Source of the DNA: Octopus vulgaris
Taxonomy: Eukaryota
Assembly (NCBI GenBank): GCA_951406725.2
Contig: OX597832.1
Location: 8,494,001 to 8,558,000 of the forward strand
DNA: 64,000 bases
Reading direction: 5' to 3'
In this document: positions 1 through 12,172 of the stretch, piece after piece
Numbering within the stretch: the stretch's first letter is position 1
Layout of the letters: the number at the start of each line of letters is the position of its first letter
Program-made: the position numbers and the translations under genes
Notes under the pieces: generated by a model
The model's input: only the letters and a program-made list of their open reading frames with translations
The model's database searches: none
What the model was told of the DNA's origin: nothing

Positions 1-250
1 CTACTCCTAATTTAAAGCATTGAACGAGAATATGAGTCTTCGAAGGAAGTTGCTACCATAAATACTAAAATAAAATTTGGGATTTATAGAGAGTCAAAGT
101 TGGGAACAAAAACACGACAGTGGAGATATACACATATAGAAAAAAAGTCAAGGTAGAAAATGCTAAAATCATTTTATAAAAAACATTTCAGTACCTGTTT
201 CAGTCACTGAGAAGTCTTCAACTGTAACGATGGAAAGGATTTAAATTTTG
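1..250 (-). mobile_element. Fragment of a Penelope-type terminal-repeat-like module, same family as 54370-54660
   Basis: Shares CTACTC...GCATT...AGTTGCT...AAATAAAATTTGGGATTT...AAAAACA.GAC.GTG with 54524-54652. Carries a degenerate hammerhead-like motif at 189-224 (minus: CAG-TTGAAGA...GAAACAGGTA-CTG). Confidence 0.45.
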
Positions 251-410
251 AATAAATTAAATGAGAAGTATTTTTAAAAGAATATGTCCATTGTATTCAA
301 CTACAAGTGGCATTTCCCTTGTTTCTGCCTGTCTCTCTCTCTCTCGCGCGCTCTCTCTCTCTTTTCTTTACTCTTTTGTATTTGAGGTTGTTGTGAATTC
401 TTGGCAGAGT

Positions 411-469
411 AGAAGAAGAAGAAGAAGAAGAAGAAGAAGAAGAAGAAGAAGAAGAAGAAGAAGAAGAAG

Positions 470-501
<32 letters not shown>

Positions 502-517
502 GAATAATAATAATAAC

Positions 518-591
<74 letters not shown>

Positions 592-606
592 TGATAATAA
601 TAATAA
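411..606. repeat. Compound trinucleotide microsatellite, (GAA)n then (AAT)n
   Basis: Read directly from the sequence; explains the poly-R/I/L/F ORFs 261..638 and 301..591. Confidence 0.98.
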
Positions 607-724
607 TGCGGAGTGCTATGATAGTAGATGGATGCTAAATGGCCAATTGCCCTGAGTGTGATATGTGGATGCTAGTAGTGACTGAATTCTTGAGATATCT
701 GTGTTGAATGTATTGTTTATAAGA

Positions 725-779
<55 letters not shown>

Positions 780-1238
780 ACACATATATATACGCTCTCA
801 CGCACACGTCCAAGTATATGGACCTATACATACAAATAAGTACACTCCCGCACACATGCGTATTAACGTTAACAGCATTATACTTACTCGATAGTTACTG
901 AATAGCTTCTTGACATTGAGTTTAACTTATATATTCGATCTCTTGACTGTATTCTAGACAGTACTTGTAACTGGCATTATCTAGTGTAAATGATAACCTT
1001 GTGCTACTCTTTATCTAGCTTACGAAGCTGCTGATTATATCACACCGCTGTTATATCTATTGGAAACAATTCCCCAACACACATGTTCAAGTGTTTAATT
1101 TGTTCTGTTGTGCAGAATAGAACGACTATAATAAGTCTATTTTCTTTTCCCATCAGAAATATGTAAGTATGTGTACACAAATACACATATTACCCCTTGC
1201 ATCATGCGGCGTGTTGCGTACTTGATCAATGAACTATG

Positions 1239-1330
<92 letters not shown>

Positions 1331-1419
1331 GTATGTATGGATGGATTTTATATCTGTCTATCTATCTGGTTAGCTAGCTAGCTCCCTCTCGCTCGCTGTC
1401 TTTCTCTCTCTCTCACTCT

Positions 1420-1459
<40 letters not shown>

Positions 1460-2699
1460 AATACTGGTTAGATGTTTATGTTGTGGCGCCACAAAATGCG
1501 ACTCTACTCAGAAGACATCAATATCATTTGACAGGAACACAGTATAAAGAATTACATGGAACAAGGCGATAACTTTAAGAGTCTTTAATGCCAACCACAT
1601 GTATATATAAACAAGCTGAATGAGAAATGGAAGTGGTTGATGAATATTTATTCATATTCTAAATATCTGCTTGGGTTGTATGTTTGCTGTTAACCCTAGT
1701 GAGGAAGCTGACGAAAAGCGACATGTTAGAACCTGTGCAGTGTTGTCGGTGCCGTGTAGAGATGTTGTTGCCGATGTTAGTGAGAGACATGATGGTGGCG
1801 ACGAAAATGGAGGTCGCTGTAATGTGGTCAGTAGTTTGCTCTTAGGAGATCCTGAACTAAAAGACCCCGAGATTTTATCGCTAACGGTAGGCTCAAATGG
1901 AGTTTAGAGCAGGCTACAATTGGTTAGGTTGCATATTGGCGCACGATAGGGAGAGAGACAAATTGCGCCAATACCAACAGGGTCCAAAAAATCGACCAAA
2001 GGTTAGCTGTTAACTGACACGTTGGTACGTACGTATATATAATAGCGAGAGGAAGTTCACTAATCTTCGCTACACTGGAATATATATTTATCTGTAGTTT
2101 TGTATAGAAAGAATTTGCTGGGTTGATTGTGCTCAAATGATAACCTTAAGCAGTATCTCAAATCATAAATGCGATAAACCCAAACTAACATTCATGTTGA
2201 ACACAAGTGGGTACTTAAGTGACACTATGCCTGATAGATTCTCCAAATCTCCTTTGAATATTGCTGCAAAAATACCCAGGTCATCGACTATATGTTTGTA
2301 AAAGAGGTTTTGTACTTGCGAAGTTGAGTTCGGATTTAATTAAAAAGGACCATAAACAAACCGAGGAACCTGTTCGATTAGTACTCTTTCGTAATATGGA
2401 TATGCTGGAAACCTATGCTGAGGCAGCAAAGGCGGGCACGGTTCTGGACCATACAGCTAACAGCAAAGATCTCTATCACGCTATAACAGAAATGGAAACC
2501 TGTGCTACGTGTTTTAATTACCTATGAAGAACGATACAAAATCTGGTTCAAAATAATGTGAAATCCTATTCTATGTATTGTCCGCACTGTCTTATGTAAC
2601 ATTAGTTTCAAAGTAATGAATGAATGAATATCGGAAAGAACGTCCATACATACATAATGTATAATTTGCGGCCTCCACACTAATGTCGATGATTATTCT

Positions 2700-3010
2700 C
2701 AGACAATACTCATGCAGATGAAAGTTCTCCACATTTGATGAGGTGACGCTTGTGACAGGGCTTCCAGGTCGCTCATCATCTTCCAGAGACGTTATTCCGC
2801 TTCTAAAGCGCCAATGACTCTCGAAATATAGCGTGCAACATATTGCCTCACTGCCGTAAGCTGGTTGAAGCGTGCTCAATGTCTCTTAAGTAGAGTTTTC
2901 AGGCTTTACGCAAAATATTCTGTTGGTTCTTTCTTCCAAGTCTTTGTCTGTGGAAAAAGTCCCAGACTGCAGCATCCACGTCTGCACAAAAGCACAAATT
3001 TCACAACTTG
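2700..3010 (-). mobile_element. Decayed mariner transposase N-terminal (HTH) fragment
   Basis: Minus strand reads EERTNRIFCVKPENST*ETLSTLQPAYGSEA...HWRFRSGITSLEDDERPGSPVTSVTSSNVE, matching the mariner pattern EQRxxIKFCVKLGKSATET...AYG...RFxxGRxSxEDDxRSGRP. Confidence 0.75.
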
Positions 3011-3254
3011 CAAAGTAAACAGAGTGATGTCATTCAACACACTACCTCATGGAGATTACCGTTAGCTCTCACTGAGAAAGCAATCATGAGCTATCAATTG
3101 TTGGCGCCCTAGAAAACAAGTCCAAGGACTTCGTTTCATACATTCATTGATGCATACACATATATGTATCAGTATTTATGCATAAATGTATTCCAACAGT
3201 GAAATGTCAGGGGCGAGCTTTCAGAAGCCTTGGCACGCTATGAGAAATGTTTAG

Positions 3255-3420
3255 CGGAATTTTTCCCGTCGATACGTTTTGAGTTCAAATTCCGCCGAGG
3301 TCGACTTCGATTTTCATCCTTTCGAAATCAATAAATTAAGTACCTCTGAAACATCGGGGTCGATGTAATCGACTAGTTCCTTTCTCCAAAGTTTCAGGCG
3401 TTATGCCTTTAGCAGAGATG
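3255..3420 (+). mobile_element. SINE with Meta-type core domain
   Basis: B-box-like GAGTTCAAATTCC followed by GAGGTCGACTT..TTTCATCCTTTCG...ATAAATTAAGTACC...GGGGTCGATGTAATCGACT. More decayed copies near 13390, 13730, 25290, 33250, 33700, 43850, 52560, 56350 and 58480. Confidence 0.75.
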
Positions 3421-3796
3421 ATTATTATTATCATCAATAATAATAATATCATGAGTAATACCAGTAGTAGTGGTGGTGGTGTTAGTAGTAATGGTGATAG
3501 TAGTATATAATAAGGATATGAAACGCCATACAAATATCATATTCAAAATGAAATGAGGAAAAACGCCAGACAGATCTCGGCAGATCAAATGTGATTACTG
3601 AACAATATTTTCGATACTTTTCTCAGCTTTTATTCAAGTTGAATGTGTCTCATAAGCCGTTGTTCTAGAAAGTTCCGTGTGAGATAATAATTGATGAATG
3701 TATATAAACAGTCTCTGACATATCGTAATGCCATAGTTTTTGCAATTATCACACGTTCCTGTGATGTGTATGTATATGTGCCTATGAGTGTACACA

Positions 3797-3843
<47 letters not shown>

Positions 3844-4137
3844 AAACACACACACACATACACACATACACAACATATATATATATATATATATATATGT
3901 ATATGTATATATATATGTTTCCATATATAGTTTTGGCAAGAACTAGTTGATATAATGACATGAAATAAAGAATGATTTTCTGATAAGTTATTTACTATTT
4001 AGAATTTTGGTGGAAAATGGTATGGCACGGACCATTGGAAACAGGATTCGCATTCTGTGCAAGCGATTTCGCTGTCCAACATTTCACACAAACGTGTACT
4101 GTACCAAACCGGAGACAGTTTCTGTCTTTCCTGCAAC

Positions 4138-4199
<62 letters not shown>

Positions 4200-4210
4200 T
4201 ATTTGTATAT

Positions 4211-4482
4211 CCAGTGGTTAGGGCAGCGGACTCGCGGTCGTAGGATCGCTGTTTCGATTCCCAGACCGGGCGTTGTGAGTGTTTATTGAGCGAAAACACC
4301 TTAAAAGCTCCACGATTCTCCGGCAGAGGGTGGTGACCCCTGCTGTACTCTTTCACCACTCTTTCTTCTGTTGGCCTGCTTGCTTTGCCAGTGGGGTGGC
4401 GTCATTCGAAGGCTAAAACAATGCGAACGCATTGTGACCAGCGATGTGTAACAACATCTGATGGTCTGGTCGGTCACGTGAT
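4211..4482 (+). mobile_element. tRNA-derived SINE, near full length
   Basis: A-box CAGTGGTTAGGGCA and B-box GTTTCGATTCC, with a body ending ...GGTCGGTCACGTGAT. Near-identical to 26916-27201 on the opposite strand; embedded in (TA)n. Confidence 0.85.
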
Positions 4483-4631
4483 CATATATATATATACACA
4501 TCTTATAATTAAGGGCTAAAGAAGGTTATTCTATAGCCAATGCACTGATTTATCCACTTATAATCCACTTGTTACAGGAAAATTGAACTGAAAGCGGGCA
4601 ACTAACCTTTAGAAAATTTAAATTTCGTTAT

Positions 4632-4692
4632 CTCTATATTGAATCAATTTCGGAATTAATCCCTATAAAGGATATATTCTTCTTCAGTAGAG
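4632..4692 (-). ncRNA. Type I hammerhead ribozyme-like motif with canonical core
   Basis: Minus strand: CUCUA-CUGAAGA-A-GAAU AU AUCCUU(UAU)AGGGAU UA AUUC-C-GAA-AUUG(AUU)CAAU-A-UAGAG. Stems I, II and III all pair, and the putative cleavage triplet is AUA. Confidence 0.65.
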
Positions 4693-5057
4693 CTTTCGAG
4701 GGAACATAAATAAAATACTCACATGTGATCATGGAAAAATCAGAAATTAAAAACACAACTACATTTAAGTAGTTTATATCTAAAAATAAAAAATTCCTTG
4801 GTCAGTCTCAGAACAACGTGTTGACCTATTGCCGCTACATATTGTAATGGTTACCGGTCCCCTTGTAACAAGCAGTGAGTTTATTACTAACAATATAGGA
4901 TGAAGTCCCTTTCTCTACAAAAAAGGATTCCATCAAAAAGCGTGGCAGTATATTAAAAAAACCCATTACGGAATTAAGAGTATGCAGTCTTCGAATCATA
5001 CGTCGAAAGTAAAGGAATTTTGTTAAAACCTTCGTTCGACTCCATTCTTTTCATTTG

Positions 5058-5106
<49 letters not shown>

Positions 5107-6935
5107 GTTTGAAGGAATCTATTATTATGCAGCCTGTGTAAAATAAAATTATCTGACACTCCAAGCCACATCAAAACTTTGTGCTGATCACGTTTATGTC
5201 TTTGTAGCTCAAGTAGGCTGCACATCGTAGATTAAACATAACTTTAATCACCATTGTTATGTATCCATATGAGTGTGCGTGCATGTGTATTCGTGTGTGC
5301 GTTCCCGTGTCTGTGTGCGTAGAAATTCTTTTAAATATTTCAGGCACAAGGCTGCGGTCATGCTTCGGCACAACCGCGCATTTCCATTTTTTTCCACGTT
5401 CTCCTTCTTCAGCTGGTTAGTCCCGACCTCTGGGGGTTTCATATCACATTATTTCTTTTAACTGTTTTCCCAACTGGTTTTTCTGCACTAATGTACTTGA
5501 TGAATGAAGTACATGATCAGTCTATAGACACTTTAACACTTAAAGTAATTCTTAAGTAATTCCGCGTAAAGTAATACGCGGAAACAGCGTGTATTTCAAG
5601 GTTGATATTTTAAGCACAATAAATCATACGGTGTTCAACACAGTTTCCGTCTATAGAAATTCCACAACTTACTTCGGTTCAAGGCGGAATTAATACCAGG
5701 TTATAATAATAGCATATCTATATCTTTATATATCATTATACATTTATCATTTTATCTCTCTTAGTATTGATGCGGTAAAGATTTTGTGGCGGCTGTTATT
5801 ACTTATGGCAGAGCATAACAGTATAAAGATAATATTCAATTTTGTATACATAACCATATGTCACCGTGTGCTTCACTATTTTATATGTTACCCCGTTATT
5901 TAAGAGAACATTATAGTATGAATTATTTATGATGATACATACGTACAAATATATACTAACATTCATACATACATATATAATATATATATATATATATGTG
6001 TATGTGTGTTTATATACACGCATATGATGATGATGACTGTGATGATGATATATATACATATATTTGTGTGTGTGTGTGTCTATGTTTATACAGTGTATAT
6101 TTTATATATATACATATAAATATGTTTATATAGTATATATGTGTGTGTATATATGGATATATCGTACATATATATGCATATGTGTCTTTGTATGCATGTA
6201 TACACATATATATATATATATATATGTATGTATATATACATAAGCATAAAAAAACTGAATGGATACATATTGATAAGCAACTACTTAATGTATACACCGA
6301 GGTTATATTTATTTATTTATTATTCTTTTCGGTTAGTCTACAAGGACATGATTCTATATTATACTCTGTATAACTATTGCTTATTTACCATTTACTCCAC
6401 TATAGTCAATATTCATTTGAATTGATGAACATCAAAGAAAAACACCAATGAAAGCACCAAATATTCAATAACATTGCCAGGAGTTGGTGACAAGGTACAT
6501 TCTATCTCGTGGATTCTGCGTTTGCTTTATTTCACATTTTTTAGAAAAGATCGTTAATGTTTTCTTCAGAAGTTCAGCGTTATTTATACTCCACAGAGAT
6601 TTCCTTAGAATAATCTACAAAAATCTCGCAGATTATCGTTATTATCAATAATTTTCAAAGTAAAGTTGTTTTTTTATTCTCATAGAAAGTATTGATTGTC
6701 TTTAAATTTTTATGTGTTTTTCTTTTTATTTTTGCATTCATCGCTTCGTTGGTTCTTCTTTGAATTTTATTATTCACCAGTTTTTGTTATGACAACCTGC
6801 ACTAACACTAGCAGAGATGTTATATATATATATATATATATATAGAACATTGGATCTCTAAGCATTTAAAGCCATAAATCTGCATCTATATATATAACTA
6901 TATATATATATATATATCAATACACACACACACAC

Positions 6936-6992
<57 letters not shown>

Positions 6993-6993
<1 letters not shown>

Positions 6994-7170
6994 GTCCTCC
7001 CAACATCCCTTGACAACCGATGTTGGTGTATTTACCTCCACGTAGCCTAGCAGTTTGGTGAAAGAGATCGATACAAGGGATAAGTCCTGGGGGCGATTTG
7101 TTCGACTAAGTGTGGTACTCCAGCATGGCCGCAGTCAAATGATCCAAACAAATAAGAGAGTAAAAAAAGA
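6993..7170 (+). mobile_element. 3' half of the major tRNA-derived SINE (family of 53654-54064)
   Basis: CTTGACAACCGATGTTGGTGT...CCAGCATGGCCGCAGTCAAATGA...AAACAAATAAGAG matches the reverse complement of 53660-53850. Confidence 0.8.
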
Positions 7171-7203
7171 ATATATATATGTATATGTATATATCTAAAT
7201 ATA

Positions 7204-7395
7204 TATATAATTTAGAAAAAAGCCTCTATTAAACGATTCAATAAAGAAAGATGTTATTCACACCTTTTAGAAAACATATACTATAAAAACCTTATTCTAA
7301 AAATCAATAAAGTACAATAAATAGTAAATAGTAGTAAAAAAAGTACATCTTTCATTATTGAATTATTTAATAGAGGCTTGTCTCTAAATTATATA
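7204..7395. repeat. Imperfect inverted repeat, about 50 bp arms around a 90 bp spacer
   Basis: 7204-7253 TATAATTTAGAAAAAAGCCTCTATTAAACGATTCAATAAAGAAAGATGT versus the reverse complement of 7345-7395, TATATAATTTAGAGACAAGCCTCTATTAAATAATTCAATAATGAAAGATGT. Confidence 0.85.
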
Positions 7396-7497
7396 CATTT
7401 ATTATATATTGTGAAATTTGATTTAAAATTGTTAAATTGAATTTTTCCCTGTAAGATTCGGAATTATATTTCCTACTATCATACACACACACACACA

Positions 7498-7577
<80 letters not shown>

Positions 7578-7779
7578 TACTATTTTTAATAAATGTTTCA
7601 CAAACTGCCTTCCTCTGGCTGTTTACGTCTAACTTCATTTCCCGTTGAGATCGACATTGACCTTAAAGGAAACAACGAGTGAAATACTGAAATCGATGTA
7701 AACGACTAGCCTCTACTCTCATATCTGCTGACCTTGGCACAAAATGACCAATCAGTTTTTTTAGGAATGGTTCAAATTT

Positions 7780-8945
7780 TTGCACGAAGCCAGCAAGTTT
7801 ATCAGACCGGGAAATTGAAGACCTCAAATTCAATCATGTTAGATGTAAAAAAATATGAGCAGGAAAGAAACTTATAAATGTTTAGGAATAGATGAAGGCA
7901 CTGGCATTTAGCATGCAAGTTCGAAAGACAAGATTAAGAAGGAATGCTACAGGAGTGTTCGAGTAGTTCTGAAACATGAGCTAAATTCACACAACAAGGT
8001 GTGAGCCATAAATTTGTTCGTAGTTCGAGTTGTTACTTATAACTTCTATGTGTTGAGCTGAAATATCAGTGACATGAATTGAAAAATACGTAAGCAACTG
8101 ACGTGTAATAATATCGTCTTTAACTTCCAAGGAGTCAGTGACCTGATCTTATTTAAAGTTTATTACAGAACCATCACACCTGGACTGGTCCAATATCTTG
8201 AAAAACACTAACGAGGGAATGATAAATATCGTTGAAAATCATGAGAGGTGTTAGAAGATTCATTCTGTGTTAAAGGGAAGCAAAAATGCAAGTTCTCATT
8301 TCATGCATGATAACTAGCCTGCGGAAAGTGTGGGAACTGTTGTTCCAAGAAGGCATACTTAATGGCAAAGAAACTAGCGCAAAAATGTTGCCTTTGGAGG
8401 GGAGCAGGAATCTCTGTAGGGAAAATTTGAGGATCGTAGCAAACACCCATCAGGGGCTACAAATTCCAGTGCTAAATGCAGAGGGCGAAGACTTCAACCT
8501 AGCTGTTCAAGTTGATATCTTATTGAACCGAAACTACCAAGGCAGAGTTGGTCAATATCGTCATTAGTTAAATGTTGGCATTGCAAAATAAAACTGTTAA
8601 CAACTGGTATAAATAGTAAACTGTAACCGAAAAAGAAAAAGCAACGATTCTTTGAGAGATTCCAGTACACAGTAACTGAACCATCAAAACTAAGAAGCCA
8701 GATGCTGTTGTAAAAGACCAAAATGTTTATTGACCGATACGACTATTTCTTGTGATCACATTATCTCGCAAAAGAATATGACAAGCTCAGAATATATTAA
8801 GCTTATCTCATTGAAACCGAAAAAATCTGGCATCTCAAAGCAGTTACAACACCAGTGGTTTTAGGAACACTAGAAATGATCAAAAAAGGAAATGAAAGAT
8901 GTCTTAATTGGTACGTCACACATATTGAGAAGCGCATCATCGCCG
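7780..8945 (+). mobile_element. Decayed R4/Dong-type (RLE endonuclease) non-LTR retrotransposon, 3' portion
   Basis: Frame fragments YKCLGIDEGTGI*HASSKDKIKKECYRSVRVVLKHELNSHNKV*AINLF (RT thumb) and KIWHLKAVTTPVVLGTLEMIKK...GTSHILR (RLE C-terminus), with many stops and deletions. Confidence 0.75.
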
Positions 8946-9381
8946 TGAGAAAGATTTCCACTCATGTAAATAATTGTTTCCGCACATAACATCATTTCAT
9001 TTTGTAAATGAACAATCTGGTGTGTTTCATCGCCCTAGGTACCGCGAAGACAGTCGGTAAGAAGTGGATACAAAATTGAAAGCAGAAAATCGAATAATTA
9101 CAAGAAGAGGAACAGCAACAATAAGAAAAAAATCGCTGGAATATTAAATGGAGCAGAAAAATGCGGTGGTGCGACAATGGTGCGCTTAATCAATAATTGA
9201 TATCGTTAAGATATATGCTTCCAACCTCACAGTTGCAATGTTTGTAATGTAGAAACGGTAAAAGAAGGGTAAACAATTGTTAGTGTTGTTCATGAACAGA
9301 GTTGAAACCCTGATCGAAGATACTAAAAAAAAACAAAAGGATTTTTGTAGACTGACATTTGTCATGAGTAATTATTTTCGC

Positions 9382-9828
9382 ACCCTTGGGAGGTAAAATG
9401 TCTGAGGGCAACTCTGAGCATAGCCAGTCTTATGGTACCTGCAAATAGAAGTAAGTAAATTAGATGACATTTGGAACAGTGGATCTGTAAGCATTTAAAG
9501 CCATATATCTGCATCTATTTATGTAACTATATATATATATATATATATAGCTTTCTCTCTCTCAATACACACACATACACATATATATATGTCCTCCCAA
9601 CATCGCTTGACAACCAATGTTGGTGTATTTACGTCCCCGTAGCTTAGCAGTTTGGTAAAAGAGATCGATAGAATAAGTCCTAGGCTTACTAGGGATAAGT
9701 CCTGGGGGCGATTTGCTCGACTAAATATGGTACTCCAACATGGCCGCAGTCAAATGATCCAAACAAATAAGAAAACCATACTCATCCCTAAGTGAGAGCG
9801 TGCATGTATGTATATGCATGTCCACCTA
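9382..9828. repeat. Dispersed repeat (homologous to 14275-14431) interrupted by an insert at 9474-9772
   Basis: ACCCTTGGGAG.TAAAATGT...CAACTCTGAGCATAGCCAGTCT.ATGGTACC.GCAAATAGAA and ACCATACTCATC...AAGTGAGAGCG.GCATGTATGTATATGCA are contiguous at 14275-14431 but split here. Confidence 0.85.
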
Positions 9829-10356
9829 CAGTAAGGAAAGAAAGATTGTGATTAGATTAATATATGGCCAGTTTCAAACAGGTATGTAAGATACCTCAAA
9901 TAAAAAGCAATCATTGGAGTTGCTGCGAGATGAGATCCTAAATTCGAAACTAACACCCTAATGTGCACAACATATAAGCAATCGAAATGAAATAATTGTA
10001 TGAAATACAACAGAATAGTAGGCGTCATTATGTAGATTTGTGTAAGTAACGGAGAGGTAATCGCGCTGATTGTAAGAAAATGCAGTAGGAAAGGGAATAG
10101 ACGCGAAATCATGTTGGCATTGCTAGGATTGTGTAATGGGAATTGTTGTTGTTGATGGTGGTGTTGAGCAACATAAACTGAACAGAAGAGAACTGTGATG
10201 TGCGACAGAGTGTTCGTGCTGCATCTGTTACTCGAGTCGGTGTTAAAGCTAAAGGAAGTGAATTTAAATTAATTAACAATGAAACAATGAGCTACATGAA
10301 GGACGGCAGGCTATCCTCGTCGACATTCTCGACACCACCATGTGATCATCCTCATT

Positions 10357-10369
10357 CTCATCATCGTCG

Positions 10370-10423
<54 letters not shown>

Positions 10424-10439
10424 GAATTATCATCATCAC

Positions 10440-10481
<42 letters not shown>

Positions 10482-10670
10482 TATCACCATCATCATCATC
10501 ATTATCATCATTATCGTTAAACTCCTCCTTCCCTTCCTTCTGCTCCTCTACTTCTTCATCATCGTTATCATTACCATCATTAACAAGGCGACCAATATCA
10601 GCACCAGCACAACCGCTACCACCATCACCACCACCACCACCACCACCACCAGCACCACCACCAACCGTGC
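10357..10670. repeat. (CAT)n and (CAC)n microsatellite cluster
   Basis: Read directly; source of the poly-H/D/M/I/G ORFs. Confidence 0.95.
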
Positions 10671-11334
10671 CATCATCGGGGTCGATTTGGTCCACTAAAG
10701 GCGGTGTTCCAGCATGGCCGCAGTGAAATGACTGAAAGAAGTAAAACAATAAAAGAATAAAAGGATATAGTGATATACTTGTACCTAATTTATCCACATA
10801 TGCATTCAGGAGTTTATATTTATTATTTATTACTCATTTCGAATAGTCTGCAGGGATATGAATCTATAGTACACACCTTTATAACAATTCCTCATTTGCA
10901 ATTTGCTTCACTACACTTAGTAATCATTCGAATTGACGAATATGAAATAAATGTTATTTCAAAGTATCAAACATCCAGTAAAATTACTACAAGTTGGTGC
11001 CAAAGTACGTTTTATCTTGTGGGATGTGCTACGATTCTATTTTCTTTTCATGCATTCTTCTAAGAATATATTTTAAAGGTTTCTTAAGACGTTCGTCGTT
11101 ATATTTCTTCCTCAGAGAATATCTTGACATAATCTATCATAACACAGTAGGTTGCAGTCATTCTCTAATATTCCTGTAAATATTTTTTTTTTCATATATT
11201 AAATACTGATATCTTGGAACTGTGTTTTTTACATTCTACTTTGATATTTGATCAATTTCATTTTTTCCCCACCTTATAACTTTTTCATTCCCCAACCATT
11301 AGGATTTGCACTGAAGTTGACATAATTTAGCAGT

Positions 11335-11388
<54 letters not shown>

Positions 11389-11400
11389 TTATGTATACAT

Positions 11401-11449
<49 letters not shown>

Positions 11450-11526
11450 TATACATATATATATACATATATGTGTATATATATATATATATATACATAT
11501 ATATGTGCATATATATATATACATAC

Positions 11527-11557
<31 letters not shown>

Positions 11558-11922
11558 AACATATATATTCAAACAGATACGCACGTACACACACACACAG
11601 CTCGCGTGCCGAGTCGTTGCATTACAGCATTCTGGGGAAGACTCCCTCGTAGCACTGGGCGTGAAAACACTTGGAAGTCACAGAGGTGCGAGACAACTCG
11701 ATTCAAGTCCCATCCATGGACGATAGATACCGTTATGTAGGTATTTGTGTGGCCTAGTACCATTACGTACCCGAATCGAACCAGAGACAAATTGAACTGG
11801 ACAGTCAGTGACTACAAGTGCTATGCGTGATCTCACCCCAACAGTGAGATCTGTTCTCGATAATCATCACAACACTAAGCTTCTTTTAATTCATAATTGA
11901 ATATATAAAAATAAAAAAAATA

Positions 11923-12172
11923 AATGCGCCCTTTTAAAGCCTAGCCAGGCTCACGGGCTCGCTTTTCCGGTTTCTATGGTGTATGTGTTCCCAAGCTGGA
12001 CTAGGCGCCAGTCCATCACAGCGTTACTCATTTTCGCCAGCTTAGTGAACTGGAGCAACGTGAAATGAAGTGTTTTGCTCAAGAACACAACGCGTCGCCC
12101 AGTCCAGAGATCGAAACCACAATCTTACTATCATAATGCTGACACCCTAACCTCTAAGCCACGCGCCTCCAC
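11923..12172 (-). mobile_element. tRNA-derived SINE with a CORE/V-like central domain
   Basis: Minus strand begins GTGGAGGCGCGTGGCTTAGAGGTTAGGGTGTC...TTTCGATCTC, then TTGTGTTCTTGAGCAAAACACTTCATTTCACGTTGCTCCAGTTCACT, which is shared with 61814-62150. Confidence 0.8.

Noticed and set aside
4211-4270. tRNA gene-like sequences (also at 27130-27201, 53990-54064 and 61814-61890)
   Set aside because: A and B boxes are present, but the acceptor stems are incomplete and each continues into a repeated SINE body. They are SINE heads, not tRNA genes.
5560-5583. Perfect 9 bp hairpin TTCCGCGTA/TACGCGGAA (also an 8 bp hairpin at 11829-11851) as a Helitron end or terminator
   Set aside because: No downstream CTRR terminus and no other supporting context; isolated short hairpins are expected by chance.
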